55,009 nucleotides of DNA from Ignavibacteriales bacterium. Its GTDB lineage: Bacteria > Bacteroidota > Ignavibacteria > UBA10030 > UBA6906. The stretch spans positions 1 through 55,009 of the forward strand of contig JBBIRR010000028.1 in assembly GCA_037441705.1 (NCBI GenBank). Direction: 5' to 3'. Position 1 is the first letter of the stretch. Each line of letters begins with the position of its first letter. Below, piece after piece: positions 17,040 to 26,872 of this stretch. The translations under genes and the position numbers were made by a program. Under the pieces are notes generated by a model. That model had not been told where the DNA came from and made no database searches. It was given only the letters and a program-made list of their open reading frames with translations.

Positions 17040-19217
17040 ATGACATTTCTGAATCCACTGTTGCTGTTCGGTCTCTTCGCCGCCGCAATCCCGATTATCA
17101 TTCATCTTCTGACGCTCCGCAAGCTGAAAACGGTCGAGTTCAGCACGCTGCAGTTTTTGAAGGAGCTTCAGAAGACGAAAATGCGACGGGTGAAAATCCG
17201 TCAGTGGCTGCTGCTCGCTTTGCGGACGCTGTTGGTGATTGCCACCGTGCTGGCCTTCTCACGACCGGCGCTGCGCGGATCGCTGGCAGGCTTCGGCATA
17301 GGCACCACGACACATGCCCGCACCACCATCGTGATCCTGCTCGACGATTCGCCCAGCATGTCCGTACGCAATGAGCGCGGGATGCTGTTCACGCAAGCAA
17401 AGGACTTTGCCCAACAGATTCTCGGTCTCGTGCAGGAAGGGGACGAAGCATACGTCCTTCCCTTCTCGCATCTCAGGCATGCAGCCGCGTTCGCCCCTTC
17501 GCATGATGCTGCGTCGCTGAAGAAGATGCTGACACAACTCTCCCCTTCGTATGAATCCGTTCCCTTGCGTGAGGTGCTGGGCGTTGCAGCAAAAATTCTC
17601 GCCGAATCGAAGAATGTGAACCGGGAACTCTACCTTCTTACGGACGCACAGGCTTCGCAACTTCAGCAGCCCAGAGCCGATACGACCGATCTGTTCGACG
17701 ATCACGTGAAACTCTTTCTTGCCGATGTGCAGCGCGGAAGCACATCCGCTCCGCAGAATGCGGGCATCACGAATGCTTCTGTCACGTCGAAGATTATCAC
17801 GCTTCACAAGCCAGTCACTCTGCAGGCCACGATACACAATGCAGGGCCCGCCCTGTTGCGCAACGCGGTGCTGAGTGTCTATCTCGACGGCGCACGTGTG
17901 TCGCAGCACTCACTCGATGTAGCGCCGGGGGGTACCGTCTCGCCGACGCTTTCGGTGACCCCAAAACGACCCGGCCTCCTCACCGGCTACCTGCAGATCG
18001 AAGATGATGCACTTGAAGCAGACAACAAGCGTTGGTTTACATTGAACGTCCCGAAGACAATCGTCGTTCTGTGCACCGGGGCTTCGTCGGCGGCAACACG
18101 GATTGCAACGCTCGCACTCACACTGGACGCCGACTCGGCGGGCACGGGACTTTTTTCGGTTGATGAGATACCGGAAACTCAACTCTCCTCGCGCGATTTG
18201 AGCCGATACGATCTTCTGCTGTTCTCCAACGTGCAGGATTTTTCGACGGGCGAGGCCGAACGCATCGAGCAGTTCGTGAGCGCAGGCGGCGGGGTTCTCA
18301 TGTTTCCGGGCAACGAGATGAACATCGCCAACTACAATGCAGTTCTGTTTGCCCGCCTCGGGATTCCCCAGGCCCGCTACGCGCCACCAACGCTCGAGCG
18401 TGGTCACGACGAGAGTTTTCTGTCATTCAGCAAGATTGAGTTCGACCATCCCCTCTTTACCGGATTGTTCGACCGACCAATTGCGAAGGGAGTGAAGCCC
18501 AGCATTGAGTCACCAAGAATTTTCACGACGCTTGTTCCGGGCGTTGGGACAAAAGGAAACTCGATTATCACACTTTCCGACGGCACAAGTTTCCTGACGG
18601 AATATGAGCACGGCGAGGGCAAGATCCTTCTCTTCTCGGTCGAAGCCGGCACCACATGGTCGGATTTTCCGCTCAAGGGGATTTTCGTTCCGCTGTTGTA
18701 TCGCTCGGGTCAGTACCTCGCACAGGGCGCACCCAGCCCTTCGGTTACTGTGGGCGAAGAGATGCGCGTGAATATCCGCCTCAAACAGCGCAGCGATCGC
18801 GATCGGTTTGTGCTTCGCTCGCCTTCGGGCGTGGATGAACGCGTTGTGCCGCAGTTTGCTTCCAGTTCGGGTGCCGCAACGTTCAGCTCGACGAGCCTGA
18901 CCGAGCCGGGCATCTACGAACTTCGACGCGGACCCTCTTCACACGAAAGCGATCTCCTAACGGCAATCGCCGTAAACATCTCAGCGGATGAAACGGACTT
19001 GCGCCATGCCGATACACAAGAACTCGAAACCTTTTTTGCCACGGTCGGCCTCTCCCCCAATCAAGTTCGTCCTATCACCCCGGGAGAGAATCTCGAAACG
19101 GCGGTGATGGAATCCCGTTTCGGCATCGAGCTGTGGAAGTTCTTCATACTCCTGGCACTGGCGTGCGCCGTTGCTGAAATGGCTATCGGCCGTGAGTCCA
19201 AAGCAGCAACGATGTGA
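17040..19217 (+). CDS. BatA N-terminal double-TM + vWA domain membrane protein (Ig-like and GATase-like domains)
   Basis: MTFLNPLLLFGL...PIIIHL...F.S...FL...AFSRP; MIDAS-like DDSPSM and LLTDAQ; WSDFPL; C-terminal ELWKFF..LAL...E helix. Confidence 0.85.
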   Translation: MTFLNPLLLFGLFAAAIPIIIHLLTLRKLKTVEFSTLQFLKELQKTKMRRVKIRQWLLLALRTLLVIATVLAFSRPALRGSLAGFGIGTTTHARTTIVILLDDSPSMSVRNERGMLFTQAKDFAQQILGLVQEGDEAYVLPFSHLRHAAAFAPSHDAASLKKMLTQLSPSYESVPLREVLGVAAKILAESKNVNRELYLLTDAQASQLQQPRADTTDLFDDHVKLFLADVQRGSTSAPQNAGITNASVTSKIITLHKPVTLQATIHNAGPALLRNAVLSVYLDGARVSQHSLDVAPGGTVSPTLSVTPKRPGLLTGYLQIEDDALEADNKRWFTLNVPKTIVVLCTGASSAATRIATLALTLDADSAGTGLFSVDEIPETQLSSRDLSRYDLLLFSNVQDFSTGEAERIEQFVSAGGGVLMFPGNEMNIANYNAVLFARLGIPQARYAPPTLERGHDESFLSFSKIEFDHPLFTGLFDRPIAKGVKPSIESPRIFTTLVPGVGTKGNSIITLSDGTSFLTEYEHGEGKILLFSVEAGTTWSDFPLKGIFVPLLYRSGQYLAQGAPSPSVTVGEEMRVNIRLKQRSDRDRFVLRSPSGVDERVVPQFASSSGAATFSSTSLTEPGIYELRRGPSSHESDLLTAIAVNISADETDLRHADTQELETFFATVGLSPNQVRPITPGENLETAVMESRFGIELWKFFILLALACAVAEMAIGRESKAATM

Positions 19218-19221
19218 AACG

Positions 19222-20601
19222 ATGAACGAAGATCGAAAACGACAGCGCCTGCATTCAATAGAAACCAACAGGAACGAACGGGCACTTCTGGTGGGTCTTG
19301 CCTCGCGCGCCATTGCCAGCACACTCCGCGAGAGCGAGCTGACGGCCAACTATGGCCTTGCATCGGACCGCAGCGCGAGGGCGAACGCCTTACGGCGACG
19401 CGTCTCGGAGTACCTTGAAGAGTTGGCGCTCCTGGCCGAGTCCGCAGGCGCGGAAGTCGTTGGCACAATCATTCAAGAGCGCGAGAGCATCGACCCGGCG
19501 TTCTTTATCGGCAGCGGCAAGGCGGAAGAGCTTGCAGCGCGTGTCGAGCAGGAGCAGATCGATCTGGTGATCTTCGACGACGACCTCTCGCCTGTGCAGG
19601 TGCGCAACCTGGAACGCCTGATCAAGTGCAAGATTCTTGATCGCAGCGGGTTGATTCTCGATATCTTTGCGTCGCGTGCACGGACGAGCGAAGCCAAAAC
19701 GCAGGTGGAGCTTGCCCAACTCCAGTACATGCTGCCGCGCCTGACGCGGCAGTGGACACACCTTTCGAAGCAGTTCGGCGGCATCGGCACCAAAGGGCCC
19801 GGCGAGACGCAGATCGAAACCGATCGCCGCGCCATCCGTGCCCGCATCACCCATTTGCGCGAGAAGTTGAAGCACATAGCTCGTGAACGGGCCGAGCAGC
19901 GCAAGGGCAGGGAGAAGTTTCCGCGCGTTGCGTTGGTGGGCTACACAAACGCAGGCAAGTCCACGCTGCTCAACTGGTTCACCGGCGCAAGGGTGTTGGT
20001 CGAAGACAAGCTCTTCGCCACACTTGATGCAACGGTGCGCCTGGTGGAGCTTTCTCCTGCACACAAGATTCTGCTCTCCGATACGGTCGGGTTCATTCGC
20101 AAACTGCCGCACCATCTCGTGGCGTCATTCAAGAGCACGCTTGAAGAAGTGGTGGAGGCAGACATTCTGCTCCACGTCGTGGATGTGAGCCATCCGCTGT
20201 TCGAGGAGCAGATTGAAGTGGTGAAGGAAACACTCGAAGAGCTGCACGCGCACGACAAGCCGACCATCTTCGTCTTTAATAAGATTGATAGGTTGGAGGA
20301 TCGAAGCATTGTTGGCTCACTCTCGAAGCGCTATCCCAACTCCGTGTTCATCTCCGCGCGGCGCAGCATAAACATGGCCGCGCTGCAGCAAAAGATAATC
20401 GAGCTCCTGGACACCAACATCTCCGAACAGACCATCACGTTCAGTCAGTCAGACTACCAGATCATCTCCCAGATTCATGAGATGGCGGAAATCCTCGACA
20501 AGACGTATGATGGAGATGCGATCAAAATCCGTTTCCGCATGCACACGCATCATGCGGATAGGCTCAAGAAAGTTCTCGCGAAGAGATCGTCCACAGCTTG
20601 A
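19222..20601 (+). CDS. hflX: Ribosome-splitting GTPase HflX
   Basis: ILDIFASRA, GPGETQIETDRR, G1 GYTNAGKST, LFATLD, DTVGFI, NKID, SA motifs; start moved to ATG 19222. Confidence 0.97.
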   Translation: MNEDRKRQRLHSIETNRNERALLVGLASRAIASTLRESELTANYGLASDRSARANALRRRVSEYLEELALLAESAGAEVVGTIIQERESIDPAFFIGSGKAEELAARVEQEQIDLVIFDDDLSPVQVRNLERLIKCKILDRSGLILDIFASRARTSEAKTQVELAQLQYMLPRLTRQWTHLSKQFGGIGTKGPGETQIETDRRAIRARITHLREKLKHIARERAEQRKGREKFPRVALVGYTNAGKSTLLNWFTGARVLVEDKLFATLDATVRLVELSPAHKILLSDTVGFIRKLPHHLVASFKSTLEEVVEADILLHVVDVSHPLFEEQIEVVKETLEELHAHDKPTIFVFNKIDRLEDRSIVGSLSKRYPNSVFISARRSINMAALQQKIIELLDTNISEQTITFSQSDYQIISQIHEMAEILDKTYDGDAIKIRFRMHTHHADRLKKVLAKRSSTA

Positions 20602-20692
20602 CATTGGTTGTTGCCTTCGGTACCTTGGAGCGGAATGCTCCAACGCTCATCTGTCGGTTCTTCTTTTCAAGCACTCAAGCTCGGAGGGCGCC

Positions 20693-21943
20693 ATGAAAAC
20701 TCTCGTGGTAGTGTCCGCTCTGCTCCTTCTCATTCCAACGTCGAATCGTCTCGCCGCGCAAGGTGAGGCTGCCGTTCCCGTGCTCCTCATACATCCATCG
20801 CCGGAGGCCAACGGATGGGGCAATATCGCTACCGCCGTCGTCTCCGACAACCCTGTTGCCACGATTGCCAACCCGGGACAGCTCGGCATGTTCAGTCTCG
20901 ACGGAATCGTGTCCGCATCCATGTATAGTCCGAAAACCAAGTGGTTCCCAGAATCAGGCATACCCGATCTGACGTACGATGTTTGGGCAGTCAACGGAGG
21001 GTACGATCTGACTCGAATCCTTGATTTGCCCTTCCGCCTCGGCATCGGAGCCGGGTACTCGCGAGTATATCTCAACCTCGGTGAGTTCACCACAACAAAC
21101 TCCGTGAGTGTGTTCAATCCATTCGAGAAGTCTGAACAGTTCTCACTCGGATTTGGGATCGACTACTTTCTGAAGGTAGGTGTGGGATGGAATTTCAAAC
21201 GCGTCGTTTCGCGCGCTGCCTTGATAAATAACTCGCTTGTTGAAGCTAAACCTTCAGCCACCGATTTCGGACTGCTTGTGCAAGCTCCGCTCTTTGACAT
21301 TCTCGAAAGAGCCGGTCAGGAACCCATCTACCTTTTTGAAGATGTGCAGCCGCTCTTTCGCCTCACGTTTGGTTACGCACGCAGCAATCTCGGCGATAGG
21401 CCGGTCGATTATGGCGACTACACTGCCGATCCCTTGCCCCGCAATGCAACGATCGGACTGAGCGCTGAAATAGGGTTGACAACGGACGTGAACGGGACGG
21501 CCTGGAAGATGCTGACGTTCACGCTTGCACGCGAGGCGGAAGACTTGCTCGTGGTCCGCACATCGGGAGGCGGATACGAGTTTCAGTCGGGATTGGGAGA
21601 CATTTCCTTCTTCAGGCACGTTGTGCGTGGGAAGATCGGCGACCAGGATCGGGTCAAACTTCACAAAGGATGGCAGCTCAACATCGGCGAGTTCATCTAC
21701 ATACGCAGCGGTTCCTTCTCCGAATCGCCCAACTTCGGTAACCGGAATTATACAACGAGCGGCTTCGGCATTCGCCTGAGCGGATTTTTCAAAACGATCG
21801 AAGCGGTTCATCCCGCAGCGCTGGAAGACGACGTTCTTGCGTTCATCTTCCATCACTTTGACTTTGTGTACGATCATGCCGAGTACACTCATTCGGTGTT
21901 TGGGGGAACAAAGTTCAACGCGTTGAGTGTGGTGATTCGATAG
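20693..21943 (+). CDS. PorV/PorQ-like outer-membrane beta-barrel protein
   Basis: Signal peptide followed by GEAAVPVLLIHPSPEANGWG...NPGQLG, resembling the PorV N-terminus; DPLPRN; GGAGG RBS. Confidence 0.65.
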   Translation: MKTLVVVSALLLLIPTSNRLAAQGEAAVPVLLIHPSPEANGWGNIATAVVSDNPVATIANPGQLGMFSLDGIVSASMYSPKTKWFPESGIPDLTYDVWAVNGGYDLTRILDLPFRLGIGAGYSRVYLNLGEFTTTNSVSVFNPFEKSEQFSLGFGIDYFLKVGVGWNFKRVVSRAALINNSLVEAKPSATDFGLLVQAPLFDILERAGQEPIYLFEDVQPLFRLTFGYARSNLGDRPVDYGDYTADPLPRNATIGLSAEIGLTTDVNGTAWKMLTFTLAREAEDLLVVRTSGGGYEFQSGLGDISFFRHVVRGKIGDQDRVKLHKGWQLNIGEFIYIRSGSFSESPNFGNRNYTTSGFGIRLSGFFKTIEAVHPAALEDDVLAFIFHHFDFVYDHAEYTHSVFGGTKFNALSVVIR

Positions 21944-21972
21944 ACGGTCACTCTTCGTTCGGAATCCAAAGC

Positions 21973-22004
21973 AAGGGCGTTCAATTGAACGCCCTTCTTT
22001 TTTT
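21973..22004 (+). terminator. Rho-independent terminator
   Basis: Perfect inverted repeat AAGGGCGTTCAA/TTGAACGCCCTT followed by C and 7 T, 30 bp after the stop. Confidence 0.85.
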
Positions 22005-22051
22005 GGCTATCTTGGATTTGTTTCTGTCCACAACCGATAGAATTGAAGCTC

Positions 22052-22828
22052 ATGCTCAGCATAGCCATCGAAGCTGCGAAAGAAGCAGGAAAATTCCTCA
22101 AATACAACGTCGGTAAAGTCAAGAACATCGAGATGAAGCAGGGGGAAGAGCGGAATCTTGTTTCGGAGATCGACAAGGGTTCGGAAGAACGCATCATCAC
22201 GATCATCCGGCGACACTTTCCGACGCATGCGATCCTCGCCGAAGAAAGCGGCGCAAGCACAACATCATCCGATTACATGTGGGTGATCGACCCGCTGGAC
22301 GGCACGACGAACTTTCTTCACGGCGTTCCCATCTTTTGCGTCACGATCGCCGTCGCATACAAAGGCGAGCTTGTCGCCGGCGTCGTGTACGATCCCAATC
22401 TCGACGAACTCTTCACAGCCGAAAAAGGTTCGGGCGCGTATCTCAACGGGCGGCGCCTCACCGTCTCATCCACATCCAAACTCATCAACAGCCTGCTCGT
22501 GACCGGCTTCCCATACGACATCGCACAGAACCCCGAAAACGCCATCGGGCATTTCGTGAACTTCCTTGTCGAGGCACAGGGGATACGACGACTCGGTTCG
22601 GCCGCGCTCGATCTTTCGTACGTTGCGGCGGGCCGCTTCGACGGCTTCTGGGAGGTGAATCTCAATCCGTGGGACATGGCGGCGGGCATGTTGTTCGTGC
22701 GCGAAGCAGGCGGGCGTGTCACGGACTTTGCCGGTGCGGAGTCAACCATCTACAAAAAACAAGTCCTGGCTTCCAACGGCATCATTCACGATGCCATGCT
22801 GCAAGTGCTGCGCAAGGGATTTGTGTAG
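22052..22828 (+). CDS. suhB: Inositol-1-monophosphatase
   Basis: AEES, WVIDPLDGTTNF, RRLGSAALDL and WDMAAG motifs. Confidence 0.93.
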   Translation: MLSIAIEAAKEAGKFLKYNVGKVKNIEMKQGEERNLVSEIDKGSEERIITIIRRHFPTHAILAEESGASTTSSDYMWVIDPLDGTTNFLHGVPIFCVTIAVAYKGELVAGVVYDPNLDELFTAEKGSGAYLNGRRLTVSSTSKLINSLLVTGFPYDIAQNPENAIGHFVNFLVEAQGIRRLGSAALDLSYVAAGRFDGFWEVNLNPWDMAAGMLFVREAGGRVTDFAGAESTIYKKQVLASNGIIHDAMLQVLRKGFV

Positions 22829-22874
22829 TCGGCTCTCGGGGCCGGCTCGCATCCCATGAATGAACGTCTTTGCG

Positions 22875-23069
22875 TCAGTTCAGAGCGGAGACTTTCGCCT
22901 TCTCGAGTTTTCCGAGTATCACCTGGAGGGTTTCGGCTTTCTTTTTTAGAGCTTGACGAAAGTCGTAATCTGAGGTATCGGCTATCTCCATGCGCAGCTC
23001 GGTGAGGTATTCTTTGATGACCTCTTCGAGAACGGTCATCTCATCCTGTGTGAATCCACTGTTCATCAT
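22875..23069 (-). CDS. Small helical hypothetical protein (64 aa)
   Basis: Strong AAAGGAG RBS before MMNSGF; amphipathic helical pattern LEEVIKEYLTELRMEIADT..DFRQALK. Confidence 0.75.
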   Translation of the reverse strand: MMNSGFTQDEMTVLEEVIKEYLTELRMEIADTSDYDFRQALKKKAETLQVILGKLEKAKVSALN

Positions 23070-23095
23070 GGTCTCCTTTCTCTCCCCTCGTTGCG

Positions 23096-23533
23096 CTAAA
23101 ACTTCTTGATCATATCCAACAAAAGGAACACAAACATCACGGTGAAGACCAGCCCAAAGATCGACGCGATGCCGGCAAGCACGAACCGTTCTTTCGTCTT
23201 TTGCCAATCGATGGGACGCTGAGGGTGTGTCTTCACCACCATATCTCCCACAACAGTAGTCTGGCACGCCAGCCGGAGGTTCTTGTCCACCTTGCGAGCA
23301 ATGAGCAGGTTGCCTACCAGGGTTGCCTCTTCATCCTGTCCGCGCGGACCCGCGCCCTTGCCGTCCACCACCTCCACTGCGCACGTGCCGCAAAAGTTGT
23401 GGCCGCGGCAGTTGGTCAGCACATCAAGACCCTTGTAGGGTGTGACATGAATGTCCAGCATAAACCTGCGGAGGTTGGTTCCGGGTTCGACTTCGAAAGA
23501 ACGATGCTCGTTGTGGAAGGTAACAACCGGCAT
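23096..23533 (-). CDS. [2Fe-2S] ferredoxin with C-terminal transmembrane helix
   Basis: C-x5-C-x2-C (CRGHNFCGTC) ... RLACQ; hydrophobic tail FVLAGIASIFGLVFTVMFVFLLL. Confidence 0.85.
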   Translation of the reverse strand: MPVVTFHNEHRSFEVEPGTNLRRFMLDIHVTPYKGLDVLTNCRGHNFCGTCAVEVVDGKGAGPRGQDEEATLVGNLLIARKVDKNLRLACQTTVVGDMVVKTHPQRPIDWQKTKERFVLAGIASIFGLVFTVMFVFLLLDMIKKF

Positions 23534-23557
23534 TGCGAGAACTCCTGAGCTGATGAT

Positions 23558-24013
23558 TTAGCGGGCATATTTCTTTTCCATGCCGGCAGGGACATGGAAC
23601 ATGTAGGTATTGAGGAACTCGATCTTGTCGTCTTTTTCGGTGATGTCCACCTGCAGCAAGTCGCGCAGCGAGATCACGCCGAGCAGCGTGTCGCCTTCAA
23701 CCACGGGGAGATGACGGCAGTTTGCCTGCTTCATCTTTCTCAAACAGTCCTCGTAAGTTTCATCTGATTGTGCGACCACAAGATTCGTCGTCATGACGTC
23801 CGCTACACGCGTCGTCTCGGGAGAGAGCCGTTTGGCGATGACACGGTTGATGACGTCGCGCTCGGAAAAAATCCCGACGAGTCGCCTGCCGTCCATCACA
23901 GGCACGGCACCGATGTTATTCTGTGCCATGTAGACTGCCGCTTCTTGCACCGTTGCGTTTTGTTCCACGGCAAAAAGCGAGCGGTTCTCCAAGAGCTGTT
24001 TTATGGAGGTCAT
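23558..24013 (-). CDS. CBS domain pair protein
   Basis: IGAVPV...GIFSERD and RHLPVV...GVISLRD; AAGGAG RBS. Confidence 0.92.
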   Translation of the reverse strand: MTSIKQLLENRSLFAVEQNATVQEAAVYMAQNNIGAVPVMDGRRLVGIFSERDVINRVIAKRLSPETTRVADVMTTNLVVAQSDETYEDCLRKMKQANCRHLPVVEGDTLLGVISLRDLLQVDITEKDDKIEFLNTYMFHVPAGMEKKYAR

Positions 24014-24140
24014 GACTGCTCCTTACATAGTTCAGGTGGTGCGGAACAACGTGCTGCTTGTTTGGAATTGCATTGAGGATTACCCCTCCCCTCTCGCTCG
24101 GTGGAGCGGCGGGGTGTTCCTGTGGTGGTGTGCCGACATG

Positions 24141-24169
24141 AAAATAGGTGAGTTTTCGTTGAATGTCAA
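24141..24169 (-). promoter_or_regulatory. Sigma70-type promoter for the CBS-ferredoxin operon
   Basis: TTGACA-17 bp-TATTTT on the minus strand. Confidence 0.65.
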
Positions 24170-24193
24170 TACAGCAAACGATAAAGATCGCGT

Positions 24194-25507
24194 TCATCGC
24201 TCCAGGAAAACCTTCACCGAGTCCGTCCCGAGCCGGGCTTGCAGCCACCGCTCGATCTTGTCTCGCTGCGCCGTCGTGCGAGAGAGGCGCTCGCTGGCCA
24301 ACACGACGACAAATGCCTGGCGGGACGCCGTCGTATCTTTCTCATCAAAGAACATCCCGCGCGAGATCGAACACGAACGTATCTCAGGAAACAACGGTTG
24401 CAGTTCGGCCAGGATTTGCTTTCCCATCATTGCACTCTGCCGGAGGCTATCCTCGCGCAGCTGCGCAGCGTGCAGCAGTGACTTGAGTCTGTTGATCTCC
24501 GCCTTGAAGGTCTCGGTTTGCGAGAGTTCCTTGCTGACATCCCCAATGGTGAATCCCTGTTGAAACGAGAGCGTGAGATCGTTGAGGGTAAAATCGGATG
24601 CCCTCTGCACGATCTCCTGCTTCTGTTCATTGGAGAGCGTCCTGCCGCCGTAGATAAGCTTGATCTCGCGCTTGGCGGGATCGACTTCGTGCTTGAGCAG
24701 ATATGCGCCCTCGACAATCGTGACACTGTTGACGAACCGGGCTGCGTTTCTGAGAAACTCGTCCTTCTTCACCAACCGGTAGCCGAAGAAGATGCTGGGC
24801 ACGATGGTGAGGAACACGATTCCCGTTGCCCACCGGTTTGCGAGAACTTTGTGGCGCTCATCGGCCTGTTTATGCACAGGAACGCGCAGGAGCCGCGTCG
24901 TCACCAGCGTAGCGACGGCAATGAAAACCGAATTGATGGTGAAGAGATAGAGCGCGCCGAAGAAGAACTCGCCGTTGAGCGTCGCCAGGCCGTAGCCTGC
25001 GGTGCACAGCGGCGGCATGAGGGCCGTGGCAATGGCAACACCTGCGATCACCGTGCCCTTGTACTTGCTGGTGATCGCAACAATGCCGGCAAGTCCGCCG
25101 AACAAAGCAATCAGCACATCATAAAAACTCGGGCTTGTCCGCGCCAGCAACTCGGAGTGTGCTTCGCTGAGAGGGGTGATGGCGAAGTACGCGGCAGAGG
25201 CAAGCAGGCTGGCTCCAATGGCAAACGTGTAGTTCGCGACAGCTTTTCTGAACAGCACAAAGTCGTACGTTGCAGCGCTGTAGCCCATGCCGATGATCGG
25301 GCCCATCAGCGGCGAGATCAGCATCGCTCCGATAATGACGGCCGTCGAATTGACGTTCAGGCCGACGGACGCAATGAAGATGGCAAAGATGAGAATCCAG
25401 AGATTCGTGCCGCGGAAGAAAATTCCCTTCTCCACCGTTTGGTGGATGGTCTCAAAATCTTCCCGTTCATGCTTCAACTGGAACCGATCAAGCATTCGTT
25501 CGATCAT
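24194..25507 (-). CDS. DUF389 / TIGR00341 family membrane protein
   Basis: GLNVNSTAVIIGAMLISPLMGPI, ELLART and GVAIATALMPPLC motifs. Confidence 0.9.
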   Translation of the reverse strand: MIERMLDRFQLKHEREDFETIHQTVEKGIFFRGTNLWILIFAIFIASVGLNVNSTAVIIGAMLISPLMGPIIGMGYSAATYDFVLFRKAVANYTFAIGASLLASAAYFAITPLSEAHSELLARTSPSFYDVLIALFGGLAGIVAITSKYKGTVIAGVAIATALMPPLCTAGYGLATLNGEFFFGALYLFTINSVFIAVATLVTTRLLRVPVHKQADERHKVLANRWATGIVFLTIVPSIFFGYRLVKKDEFLRNAARFVNSVTIVEGAYLLKHEVDPAKREIKLIYGGRTLSNEQKQEIVQRASDFTLNDLTLSFQQGFTIGDVSKELSQTETFKAEINRLKSLLHAAQLREDSLRQSAMMGKQILAELQPLFPEIRSCSISRGMFFDEKDTTASRQAFVVVLASERLSRTTAQRDKIERWLQARLGTDSVKVFLER

Positions 25508-26844
25508 AGGTGTTGCGACTCCCAGGGCGTGACACCGTGTTCATCAATGTACGAGTGAATCGTCGGAAGGCGGGCCGGCTTTGTTGATCCGATGTGGATG
25601 CAGGAACGAAGTGCCTGTGCTGCCCGTTCCGCCACCTCGGTCCGGTCGGTGTAGATGGTAGCAAGCAGTTCACCTTTCGCCACCGGCTCGCCGATTTTTT
25701 TTGTAAGAATGATACCCGCCTTCGGATCAATGCTCTCTTCAATCCTTACTCTGCCGGCGCCCAGCTCGATCGCAAGCAAACCGATCTGCATCGTTGCATA
25801 GCCCGTCACGTATCCTGCCGCTTCGCTCGGGACGGCGATGACATGCTGCGCCACCGGATATCGTTCGGGATGATCGAGTGCAACGGGGTCGCCGCCCTGC
25901 CGTTTCACCACCTCGCGGAACTTCTCGTACGCCTTCCCCGAAGCAATGGCGTCGCGGCATCGTTCAATCCCCTCCGCAAGCGACGAAGCCTTCTTCCCAA
26001 GCCACAGCATGGCGCCGCCGAGAACATACGTCACCTCCATCAGATCGGGCACATGTTTTCCCTTCAAACACTCAACAGACTCAACCACTTCGAGCCAGTT
26101 GCCGATCGCGTATCCTAACGGCTGGTTCATGTCGGTGATGAACCCGATCGTTTTTTTCCCCATGCTGTCGCCGATGGAGACAAGGGCATCGGCAAGCTCC
26201 ACCGCGTCTTCATATTTTTGCATGAACGCGCCATTGCCTGTTTTCACATCCAGGACAAGCGCATCAATTCCTTCCGCAAGCTTCTTGCTCATAATGGAGC
26301 CTGCGATCAGAGGAATAGACTCGACGGTCGCGGTAACGTCGCGCAGAGCGTACATGCGCTTGTCAGCCGGAGCAATCTCGTTCGTCTGACCGATGAGCAC
26401 CAGGCCCGTTTCGGCAATCACGCGTTTGTACTCCTCGATGTCGAGATCGGTGCGAAAGCCCGGAATGGATTCGAGCTTGTCGAGCGTCCCGCCGGTGTGT
26501 CCCAAACCGCGCCCGCTGATCATCGGGACGGGCACGCCGCACGCGGCAACCATCGGCGCGAGGATGAGCGAGACCTTGTCCCCAACGCCGCCGGTCGAGT
26601 GTTTGTCCACTTTCACGCCGGGAATGTCGGAGAGATCGACGATGACGCCGGAATGCAGCATCACGTCGGTGAACGCTGCGCGCTCGTCGGCCGTCATCCC
26701 CCGGAAAAAGACGGCCATCAGAAAGGCCGCCATCTGGTAATCAGGGATCTCCTGACGGACGAATGCCGAGATGAACGCATGCATCTCGTCGCGCGTCAGC
26801 ATCGCGCCATCGCGCTTCTTGCGAATCACTTCGACCGGTGTCAT
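25504..26844 (-). CDS. pdp: Pyrimidine-nucleoside (thymidine) phosphorylase
   Basis: DKHSTGGVGDK, SGRGLGHTGGTLDKLES, YALRDVT and SIMSKK motifs; start moved to ATG 26844. Confidence 0.95.
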   Translation of the reverse strand: MTPVEVIRKKRDGAMLTRDEMHAFISAFVRQEIPDYQMAAFLMAVFFRGMTADERAAFTDVMLHSGVIVDLSDIPGVKVDKHSTGGVGDKVSLILAPMVAACGVPVPMISGRGLGHTGGTLDKLESIPGFRTDLDIEEYKRVIAETGLVLIGQTNEIAPADKRMYALRDVTATVESIPLIAGSIMSKKLAEGIDALVLDVKTGNGAFMQKYEDAVELADALVSIGDSMGKKTIGFITDMNQPLGYAIGNWLEVVESVECLKGKHVPDLMEVTYVLGGAMLWLGKKASSLAEGIERCRDAIASGKAYEKFREVVKRQGGDPVALDHPERYPVAQHVIAVPSEAAGYVTGYATMQIGLLAIELGAGRVRIEESIDPKAGIILTKKIGEPVAKGELLATIYTDRTEVAERAAQALRSCIHIGSTKPARLPTIHSYIDEHGVTPWESQHL

Positions 26845-26872
26845 CGAAACACGAGTGTGGTATTCGACATCG

